Shown piece by piece: positions 55,988 to 64,000 of a stretch of DNA of 64,000 bases. The first letter of the stretch is position 1. Every line of letters begins with the position of its first letter. The notes under the pieces were generated by a model. The model was not told where the DNA came from. It did not search any database and saw nothing but the letters and a program-made list of their open reading frames with translations. Position numbers and translations under genes: made by a program. This DNA comes from an uncultured Acidobacteriota bacterium (lineage in GTDB: Bacteria; Acidobacteriota; Thermoanaerobaculia; UBA5066; DATFVB01), in NCBI GenBank assembly GCA_963813155.1, contig CAWEYG010000003.1, positions 1-64,000 of the forward strand, written 5' to 3'.

Positions 55988-57670
55988 ATGGCCCAGCAAT
56001 ACATCTTCACGATGCAGAACCTTCGGAAGGTCGTTCCGCCGCACAAGGAGATCCTGCGCGGGGTGTGGCTGTCGTTCTTTCCCGGCGCGAAAATCGGCGT
56101 CCTCGGCCTGAACGGCTCCGGGAAGTCGACGGTGCTTCGCATCATGGCGGGCACCGAGAAGGAGTTTCAGGGCGAGGCGTTTCCGGCGGAAGGAACGCGG
56201 ATCGGCTTTCTCGAACAGGAACCGAAGCTCGACGCCGCGAAGGACGTCCTCGGCAACGTCGAGATGGGAGTCGCCGGAACGCGGAAGCTCCTGCAAAAAT
56301 TCGACGAGCTGAACGAGAAGCTCGGCGCCGAGCTCTCGGACGCCGAGATGGAAAAAGTGATGGCCGAGCACGGAAGAGTGCAGGACGCGATCGACGCGTC
56401 GGGGGGATGGGACCTCGACAAGACGCTCGAGATCGCGATGGACGCGCTGCGCTGTCCTCCCCCCGACGCGGCCGTTTCGAAGATCTCGGGAGGGGAGAAA
56501 CGGCGCGTCGCGCTGTGCCGCGTTCTGCTCGAGAAGCCGGACCTCCTGTTGCTCGACGAGCCGACGAACCATCTCGACGCGGAGTCCGTCGCCTGGCTCG
56601 AGCGCTACCTCGCGGAATATCCCGGCACCGTCGTCGCGGTGACGCACGACCGCTATTTCCTCGACAACGTCGCGCAGTGGATCCTGGAGCTCGACCGCGG
56701 CGCCGGGATTCCGTGGAAGGGGAACTACTCCTCCTGGCTCGAACAGAAAGAGGCGCGGCTCCAGCAGGAGGAAAAGCAGGAGTCCGCGAAACGCCGGCAG
56801 CTTCAGAGAGAACTGGAATGGGTGCGGATGGCTCCTCGCGCGCGGCATGCGAAGAGCAAAGCGCGCCTGCAGGCGTACGAAGAGCTGCTTTCCGACCAGG
56901 GGCCCGAATCCCGCAACGAAACCCAGGAAATCTACATTCCGCCGGGGCCGCGGCTGGGCGACGTGGTCGTCAAGGCGGACGGCGTCCGGAAGAGCTTCGG
57001 CGACCGCCTGCTGATGGAGAACATGAGCTTCGACCTGCCGCGCGGCGGCATCGTGGGAGTCATCGGGCCGAATGGCGCGGGGAAAACGACGCTCTTTCGA
57101 ATGATCATGGGGGAAGAGAAACCGGACGCCGGCGTCCTGAAGGTGGGAGAGACCGTCGTCGTCTCCTACGTCGACCAGAACCGGGAACGCCCCGAGGGGT
57201 CCAAGACCGTGCACGACGAGCTCTCGGAAGGGCAGGACCTCGTCGTTCTCGGCAAGCGCTCGATCCCCTCGCGCGCGTATTGCGCGATGTTCAACTTCAA
57301 GGGCGCCGACCAGCAGAAGCGCGTCGCGGATCTCTCGGGCGGAGAGATGAACCGGCTCCACCTCGCGCGAACGCTGAAGAAGGGCGGAAACCTGCTGCTG
57401 CTCGACGAGCCGACGAACGACCTCGACGTCGAAACCCTCCGGGCCCTCGAGGACGCCATTCTGAATTTCGGCGGTTGCGCCGTCGTGATCTCGCACGACC
57501 GCTGGTTTCTCGACCGCATCGCGACGCACATCCTCGCCTTCGAAGGCGACTCGCAGACCGTCTGGTTCGAGGGCAACTTCGCGGACTACGAAGCCGACCG
57601 CAAGCGGCGCCTCGGGGCGGAGGCCGACCGCCCCCACCGGATCAAGTACAAGAAGCTGACGCGGACCTGA
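55988..57670 (+). CDS. ettA: Energy-dependent translational throttle ABC-F protein
   Basis: LSFFPGAKIGVLGLNGSGKST, two ABC domains, ELEWVR, PHRIKYKKL. Confidence 0.96.
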   Translation: MAQQYIFTMQNLRKVVPPHKEILRGVWLSFFPGAKIGVLGLNGSGKSTVLRIMAGTEKEFQGEAFPAEGTRIGFLEQEPKLDAAKDVLGNVEMGVAGTRKLLQKFDELNEKLGAELSDAEMEKVMAEHGRVQDAIDASGGWDLDKTLEIAMDALRCPPPDAAVSKISGGEKRRVALCRVLLEKPDLLLLDEPTNHLDAESVAWLERYLAEYPGTVVAVTHDRYFLDNVAQWILELDRGAGIPWKGNYSSWLEQKEARLQQEEKQESAKRRQLQRELEWVRMAPRARHAKSKARLQAYEELLSDQGPESRNETQEIYIPPGPRLGDVVVKADGVRKSFGDRLLMENMSFDLPRGGIVGVIGPNGAGKTTLFRMIMGEEKPDAGVLKVGETVVVSYVDQNRERPEGSKTVHDELSEGQDLVVLGKRSIPSRAYCAMFNFKGADQQKRVADLSGGEMNRLHLARTLKKGGNLLLLDEPTNDLDVETLRALEDAILNFGGCAVVISHDRWFLDRIATHILAFEGDSQTVWFEGNFADYEADRKRRLGAEADRPHRIKYKKLTRT

Positions 57671-58046
57671 GGCGCGCCAGCGCGGCGATACATCGATCGA
57701 ATACGGGCGCGTCTCGCCGCGCCTGATCCGTCCAGACGAAACGAACCGCGAGGGTCGCGAAGAGAAAATTGAGAGCTCCAAAGAGGATCCAGACGGCAAT
57801 CGTTGCAGGCCTGCCGCCTGCTTCGATGCGCAGTCCCGCCCGCATGCAGGCCCACGCGAACACGAGAAGGATCGCAACGATCTCGTAGGCGATCCGGAGA
57901 ACTCGCAGGGACAAAACGCCGCCGATCGCGCGGCCCGTCAACCTCCTGAGTAGCCACACCAGCGGCACGAGCAGCGCCGGCAGCAGGTACGAGGTGAACA
58001 CAGCTTCGACGAACTGTTTCATCTGGTGCAGCAGTCGGATCAACAT
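57642..58046 (-). CDS. Hypothetical membrane protein
   Basis: About three hydrophobic helices; TATACT box 7 nt before the ATG. Confidence 0.55.
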   Translation of the reverse strand: MLIRLLHQMKQFVEAVFTSYLLPALLVPLVWLLRRLTGRAIGGVLSLRVLRIAYEIVAILLVFAWACMRAGLRIEAGGRPATIAVWILFGALNFLFATLAVRFVWTDQARRDAPVFDRCIAALARLRSASASCT

Positions 58047-58080
58047 TGAAATCAGTATAAGAGACCGGCATACTTCCGCC

Positions 58081-58302
58081 ATGAAAAACGCACACTGGCT
58101 CGGCAGGGCGCTCCTGTTCGGTTTCGGGTGGATTTTCTTTTCCGCGATCGTCTACGTGCTCCTGGACGCTTTCGGTGTCTGGCCGGCGATTCCCCGGGGC
58201 CTGGCTGAGGCGTTCGAGGTTCTGACTGGCGCCGTGCTCGTCTTCGAGCTCTTCGGACATCTCGTGCTCTCGGCCGGGGGCGCGCGCTCGCTGCCTTCCT
58301 GA
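58081..58302 (+). CDS. Small two-TM hypothetical protein
   Basis: Two hydrophobic helices; CATACT box 6 nt before the ATG. Confidence 0.5.
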   Translation: MKNAHWLGRALLFGFGWIFFSAIVYVLLDAFGVWPAIPRGLAEAFEVLTGAVLVFELFGHLVLSAGGARSLPS

Positions 58303-58365
58303 ATTTTTGGCTTGCATTTATTCCGGCGTCAGGTTACGGTTTTAATCAAGTCTTAAGGAGGCCTG

Positions 58366-59103
58366 ATGCCGCTTACTCGAACCCTTTGGACTCCTACCCG
58401 TTGCCTGATGGCGGTTCTCGCGCTCTTCGTGGTCCGACCGGCGGCTTCTTACGAGGCCGAAAAGGTGACAAACGGCGGCTCCATCGCCGGAGCAGTCAAG
58501 CTCGCGGGCGCGGCGCCGGCGGTCGCGCCGATCAAGACAACGAAAAATCAGGACTACTGCGGTATGAGCCTCGCCAACCCTCTCTACGAGGTGGGACCCG
58601 GCGGCGGGCTGGCCAACGTCGAGGTGTACATCAAGGACATCGCGAAGGGAAAGGCGAAGCCGGCCGATCCGATCGTTCTGACCAACGACCATTGCATGTT
58701 CAGCCCGCGCGTTCAGGGAGCTGTCGTCGGGCAGCAGATCAAGATCGTGTCCGACGATCCGATCCTCCACAATACACACCCGCAGATCGCGGCGACGAAC
58801 GCGACGCTTTACAACGTCGCCTTGCCTTTCAAAGGCTTTTCGGTCTTGAAGCCCCTTCTTCCGCAGGCGGGGTTGCTCAGGGTCAAGTGCGACGTGCACG
58901 AGTGGATGCGCGCCTGGATCCTCGAGCTCGACAATCCCTACTTCACGACGACCGACAAGAGCGGAAGCTTCACTCTCAAGGACGTTCCTCCGGGGACCTA
59001 TACGGTCATTGCGTGGCACGAAGTGATGGGCGAAAAAACGGGGACCGTTACGGTGGCTGCGGGCAAACCGGCTGCCCTGAATTTTCAGTTCGCCGCGAAG
59101 TAA
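58366..59103 (+). CDS. Secreted carboxypeptidase-regulatory-like/cupredoxin-like protein
   Basis: AAGGAGG RBS, signal peptide, CMFSPRV, DPILHNTH, KCDVHEWM (possible Cu ligands), VPPGTY. Confidence 0.8.
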   Translation: MPLTRTLWTPTRCLMAVLALFVVRPAASYEAEKVTNGGSIAGAVKLAGAAPAVAPIKTTKNQDYCGMSLANPLYEVGPGGGLANVEVYIKDIAKGKAKPADPIVLTNDHCMFSPRVQGAVVGQQIKIVSDDPILHNTHPQIAATNATLYNVALPFKGFSVLKPLLPQAGLLRVKCDVHEWMRAWILELDNPYFTTTDKSGSFTLKDVPPGTYTVIAWHEVMGEKTGTVTVAAGKPAALNFQFAAK

Positions 59104-59123
59104 CAGACGTCAGGAGGTGACCC

Positions 59124-60443
59124 ATGGGTCGACTCGGGTTCAAACTCGGCTCGGGACTCTGGCTTGCCATCGTCGTCGCGCTGTTCAGCGCTCCCGCCTA
59201 CGGAATCCCGGCGTTCGCCCGCAAGACCGGGCTTCGTTGCACGAGCTGCCATGAATCCTGGCCGGTTCTGAACGACTTCGGCCGGGCCTACCGGGACAAC
59301 GGCTATCAGCTTCGCCTGGGGAAGGACGATCCCACGACGACGCCGCCGGGCTACTGGCCGGTCGCGATCCGGGTCACCCCCCATTACGAATACAACACGC
59401 TCTCGAATCAGGACACGGATCAGGGTTTGAAGAACTTCAAGACGGGCGGTGTGGCGGACGGCGCCATGGATCTCCTCACCGCCGGCACGGTGACGAACAA
59501 TGTGTCGTTTCTCGTCGTGCCGACAGGCTTCGCCTCGGACGGCTCCGTGAGTCTCGAGTCGTACTGGATTTACCTGACACGTTTCCTCTTCAAGTCCGAC
59601 TGGTTCAACGTTCGGATCGGGAAGCATGAAGTGGACCTCCCGGTTTCGGCGCACCGTTCGATCAACCTCACGAATGGCTACCTGATCTACGGGTACCACC
59701 CGGGGGCCGATTCCGACGCCGGGGCTCCGTTCGACCTCGGAGCCAATCAACGGGGCGTCGAGTTCACCGGGCATGACCGAGGCTCGATGACGCGGTACAA
59801 CTTCACGGTCTTCAATGCGAACGACTCGAGCTCTTCGCGCAACGCGTTTGACTCGGCATCGTTCTACGGACACGTCCAGAAATACTGGCAGTTCGATTCG
59901 ACTGCTCTCTCGGAAGTCGAAGTCGGAGCTTTCGGCGCGTGGGCGAACTATCCGACGACCGCATTCACGTCGGGCGGTGAACCGATTGCCGGGGAGGGCG
60001 GAAATCTCAAGACCACGTCGCGCTATGGAGCCGAGGCCCAGTTCTGGCTCGGGCCTTCCGCCACGCCACTGCACTTCGAGCTTGTCGCGGCACACGGCAG
60101 CGACGAGAGGGGCCTCTACGGCGGAAACGCGAGCCGCAACGGGACCTGGAACGGCGGCTTTCTCGAAGCGGTCTGGGTGCCGGCGAAAGACCTGCTGCAC
60201 TGGGGTCTCTTCGGCCGCTACGACCTGATCCGCAATTCGAATCAACCGATCCCCGGCACTCCAAAGGACTTCGACGACCAGGACCAGATCACCGGCGGAA
60301 TCAAGTACACCTTCAACTACAACAATCGGGCGGAATACGCGCTCCATGCCGAATATCAGACGAACCGGATGAAAAAGATCGCGTCCGACGGATCCGACGT
60401 TCGCGCAAATACCGTTTTCGTGGGCATCGACTTCGCCTTTTGA
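59124..60443 (+). CDS. Cyc2-like fused monoheme cytochrome c / outer-membrane beta-barrel
   Basis: Signal peptide, IPAFARKTGLRCTSCHESWPVLNDFGRAYRDNGY, aromatic beta-barrel ending in IDFAF. Confidence 0.75.
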   Translation: MGRLGFKLGSGLWLAIVVALFSAPAYGIPAFARKTGLRCTSCHESWPVLNDFGRAYRDNGYQLRLGKDDPTTTPPGYWPVAIRVTPHYEYNTLSNQDTDQGLKNFKTGGVADGAMDLLTAGTVTNNVSFLVVPTGFASDGSVSLESYWIYLTRFLFKSDWFNVRIGKHEVDLPVSAHRSINLTNGYLIYGYHPGADSDAGAPFDLGANQRGVEFTGHDRGSMTRYNFTVFNANDSSSSRNAFDSASFYGHVQKYWQFDSTALSEVEVGAFGAWANYPTTAFTSGGEPIAGEGGNLKTTSRYGAEAQFWLGPSATPLHFELVAAHGSDERGLYGGNASRNGTWNGGFLEAVWVPAKDLLHWGLFGRYDLIRNSNQPIPGTPKDFDDQDQITGGIKYTFNYNNRAEYALHAEYQTNRMKKIASDGSDVRANTVFVGIDFAF

Positions 60444-60453
60444 GGAGGTACCG

Positions 60454-61220
60454 ATGAATCGCTTCGGACAACGAATTCTCGTTCTGGCGATCGGATCTCT
60501 CCTGGTGGGCTCGCTCGCTCTCGCAGCCTTGGGGGCTTCCGGCGATCCGGGGCGCGGCAAGCTCGTGTACCAGCGCTATTGCCTGTCCTGTCACGGCGAG
60601 GCCGGAAACGGAGCGGGTGAGTACGCGGAGTGGACGACCCCGAAGCCGCGGGATTACCGGCAGGGCACGTTCAAGTGGCGGTCGACGCCTTCGGGATCTC
60701 TGCCGACCGACGCCGATCTCGAGAAAACGCTCGAGGGTGGCCTGTACGGAACGGCGATGCCCACCTGGTTCGCGATCGGCCACCGTTCTCGGATGGACGT
60801 GATCTCGTACATCAAGACCTTTTCCGATCGCTGGCAGAAGGAGAAGCCTCAGGCATCGATCGTGATTCCTTCGGAGCCGGCCAACGATTCGGCTTCGATC
60901 GAGCGCGGGAAGGCGCTCTACGTGAAGTATCAGTGCGTTCAGTGCCACGGCGAGAAGGGGCTGGGAGACGGCGCGTCCTCGCACGAGCTCAAGGACGACT
61001 GGGGCAACCCGATCGTCCCGTACAACCTGACGGAGGGGCACATCAAGTGCGGAGACACGCGCAGCGGACATCTACCGCGTATTCATCACCGGGCTGAGCG
61101 GAACTCCGATGCCTTCGTACGCCGATTCCATCAATCAAGGACGACGCCTGGGACCTGGCGCACTTCATCCTCAGCCTGGGCCCTCCTGGTCCGCGGAGGA
61201 CTCCCAAGCAGGGACCCTAG
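60454..61220 (+). CDS. Di-heme cytochrome c (3' end frameshifted, end approximate)
   Basis: CLSCH and CVQCH, PKPRDY...FKWRSTPSG, GTAMP, shifted-frame GLSGTPMPSY. Confidence 0.85.
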
Positions 61221-61234
61221 GGCAGGGGAGCGCG

Positions 61235-61396
61235 ATGCCATCACCGAAAGTGGAAAACGATGAGGTTCACCGGTACGAGTCTTCCGGAATCGAGGAACGG
61301 CAGGGAAAGATTCCGGCGTGGCTGATTGGGGTGATCGTCGCGCTGACGATCTGGATGGTGTACTACCTTCTTCGTTTCTGGACGCCGCCGCTGTGA
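61235..61396 (+). CDS. Small membrane protein resembling the CcoP N-terminal segment
   Basis: HRYESSGIEERQGKIPAWL plus one TM helix, immediately upstream of ccoN. Confidence 0.6.
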   Translation: MPSPKVENDEVHRYESSGIEERQGKIPAWLIGVIVALTIWMVYYLLRFWTPPL

Positions 61397-61412
61397 GCGG
61401 AACTCGACGCCG

Positions 61413-62832
61413 ATGAGCGAGACGGCGACGAAGGTTCCCGGCGACGAGCTGGTCGATCAGCGAGTCGTCCTCCAATTTCTCCTTTCGGGAGCTTTCTGGC
61501 TCGTCTTCGCTCCCACGATCGGAGTTATTCTCTCGATCAAGTTCAATTACTACGACTTTCTCGGCGGGATTTCGTGGCTGACCTGGGGAAGGCTACGGCC
61601 CGTGCACGTGATGGGCGTGGTTTTCGGCGCCTTCACGACCACGATTTTCGGCCTGACCTATTACATGGTGCCGCGCCTCTGCGGCGTGCGGATGTACAGG
61701 GAAAACTGGAGCCGATGGATTTTCTGGATCTGGAACCTGGGATTCACGGCGGCTCTCGTGTCGCTGCCGCTCGGTCAGAATCTCGGTATCGAGGCGGGAG
61801 AGTTCCCGACCTGGGCGAACATCCTCGTCGAGATCGTCTTCGCGATGATCACGGTTCAGGTGGTCATGACGGTGATCCGGCGCAAAGAGAAGCTTATTTA
61901 CGTCACACTCTGGTACCTGACCGCGGCCTACATCTGGACGACCTTCAACTACGCTTTCGGGCACTTTCTCCTTCCGTTCCATTTCGCCGGCATCAACAAC
62001 GCCGCGATGCACGGTCTCTACATCCACTACGTCGTGGGTTTGTGGATCACGCCGGCCGGGCTCGCGGTGATCTATTACTTTCTTCCGCTCGCGGCGAAGA
62101 CAGCCGCTCTACAGCCACAGGCTCTCGTTGATCGGCTTCTGGTCTCTGGCGTTCTTCTATCCTTTCGTCGGCACCCATCACTACATCTACAGCCCGATTC
62201 CCTACTGGACGCAGACCATCGCGATCGTCGCATCGATGATGCTGATCATTCCGGTGTGGACCGTGATCCAGAACTTCTACGGAACGATGGTCGGGAATTG
62301 GAAGCGCTTCCAGGAGTCGTACACGGCGAAGTTCCTGATCGTCGGCGCGTTTTTCTATCTGTTGGGCTGTTTTCAGGGATCGACGGAGGCCCTCCGCGAG
62401 GTTCAGCGGCTCACGCACTTCACGGATTTCGTGATCGCCCACTCGCATCTGACGGTCTTCGGTACTTTCATTCTCTGGGTCACGGCGGGCCTCTACTATG
62501 TGATCCCGCGCCTTTCGGGCCGTGAGCTCTATTCGAAGAAAGCTGGCCCAGTGGCACTACTGGCTGACGGTCGGAGGGTTCTCGGTCATGGCGGCGACTT
62601 TGACCCTGCAGGGACTCCTTCAGGGCACCGATGCTTCAGGGAGGGGCGGACTTCGTCGACTCGATGGTGGCGATGAAGCCCTACTGGTTCACGCGCACGC
62701 TGGCCGGAATGACGATGGATATCGGCGCATTCTCGGGCATGTGGAATCTCTACCGGACTGCGATGGAGGGAACGCCGATCTCGCGACGCGCAGGCCGTCG
62801 GCGTGTTGGCGCCGGAGCCGCGTTGGACATAG
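61413..62832 (+). CDS. ccoN: cbb3-type cytochrome c oxidase subunit I (several frameshifts)
   Basis: WGRLRPVH, YIHYVVGLWITP, GTHHY, HFTDFVIAHSH across successive frames. Confidence 0.88.
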
Positions 62833-62837
62833 CGCCG

Positions 62838-64000
62838 ATGAAGAGAATCGAGCCGATCATCCTCATCGCAGCGCTCGGCTTCTATGCGCTCGCGATGACG
62901 AGCCAGGGATCCTTCTGCGTGGTTGGAAAAGAAGACGACGCGGCCGGGAACGGTCCGCACGACTCACGGGGGACGATCGTGGCCTCTCCGCGCGCGCACG
63001 CCGTCGGAAGAGAGCGGCCGGAAGATCTACATCCGCGAGGGCTGCTGGTACTGCCATTCGCAATTCATCCGCCCGGTGAATCGCGACACGGACAAATGGG
63101 GCCCGGTTTCGCAGGCGGGGGAAATGGCGTTACGACTTGCCACAGATGCTCGGGACCCGTCGAATCGGGCCCGAGCTCTCGCGCGAAGGGCAACCGGCGA
63201 TCCGACGAGTGGCACTATGCGCACCACTGGAATCCGCGCGCGGTCGAGCCGGAATCGATCATGCCGTCCTTCGACATGGCTTTACCGGAGCGATCCCGCA
63301 CACGATCGGCGGGTGCTCGGGATTTCATCCGAGAAGTTCGACGCGAACCACGACGGCCGTGTAACGAAGAGCGAGCTCGACAAGAACGGCGACGGCAGCG
63401 TGACGCCGGACGAGCTCCCGCCGGACTGGAAACAGCTGGACGTCTGGCCGGTGAACGCCGACGGCACGGTCGGGGACGGAGTCGTCGATATGCACGACTA
63501 CGGCCCGTCAGCCCACAGAGGAGATGGTCGGCGTCGAGGCGTATCTTCAGAAGATCGGAACGTCGATCGGAGACTGGCGAGTCTGGGAGCCGTGGCCGAC
63601 CCAGCGAGCGGCCCGCGCCGACCGAGCCGCTCGCGCTTCGCCTCTCGCGCGGGAAGGTTGATCTTCGAGAAGAAGTGCTCAGGGCTGCCACGGCCTCTTC
63701 GGAAACGGGCGGCTCTGACCGCGGACGCAAAGACGCTCATCGAACTTCAACGACGCGTACCACTTCCTGAACCCGCAGCCGCGAAACTTCACGTTCGGAG
63801 TTTTCAAGAGCCGAACGACGCCCTCGGGCGCGCTTCCCGCGCGACGAAGACATCTTTCGGACGATCACGCGCGGAGTTCGAAATGGCCAGATCATGCCGG
63901 CATGGGGCAATCCCCAGGACGGACACTTTCTTCCGCAGCAGGATCGCTGGGACCTGGTGGACTACGTCAAGACGTTCTCGGATCGGTTCAAGAGGAGCGG
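62838..64000 (+). CDS. ccoO: cbb3 subunit II (CcoO) with EF-hand insert, apparently fused to a further cytochrome c (frameshifted, 3' truncated)
   Basis: YIREGCWYCHSQFIRP, GTRRIGPEL, HWNPRAVEPESIMPSF, DANHDGRVTKSE/DKNGDGSVTPDE, then C-x-GCHG, PRNFTFGVFKSRTTPSG, IMPAWG. Confidence 0.75.

Noticed and set aside
58330-58352. FNR box upstream of the cytochrome operon
   Set aside because: Only the ATCAA half-site is present; the TTGAT half is missing.
27916-64000. Frameshifted genes (NtrY-like kinase, M50, TPR, CDGSH, cytochrome c, ccoN, ccoO) as pseudogenes or programmed frameshifts
   Set aside because: Single-base indels with motifs intact on both sides, increasing toward the window end; best explained by low-coverage long-read errors.

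Overview
GC-rich bacterial chromosomal window. Gene content and order suggest Acidobacteriota (inference only). Scattered single-base frameshifts, dense after ~61 kb, look like long-read assembly errors. Most notable is 0.3-9.2 kb: a sensor-less histidine kinase and sigma54 activator sit upstream of a sigma54-promoter gene with a 42-aa leader and 34 tandem (L/M)(S/T)GK(P/Q)G repeats, a collagen-like Gly-X-Y polymer. It is flanked by three HlyD/MFP-type adaptors (plain, triple-GAF-fused, and PqqD/RRE-like + M50 peptidase-fused) with no ABC ATPase or RND pump, suggesting a leader-dependent export system. Next come an NHEJ/stress island (TopIB, Ku, split LigD, BON) carrying five sigma54 motifs; tRNA-Glu and tRNA-Lys with a hairpin-interrupted tRNA-Glu remnant; purA; a ~195-nt structured intergenic element; hutH-radical SAM-hutU; and housekeeping genes (psd, pssA, rimI, tsaB, mutS, nagZ, ssb, HU/IHF, ispE, spoVG, addAB-like, ettA). 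The window ends in a respiratory operon with a Cyc2-like cytochrome-porin, a di-heme cytochrome c and a cbb3-type oxidase whose CcoO carries an EF-hand insertion. Many genes appear to be leaderless.
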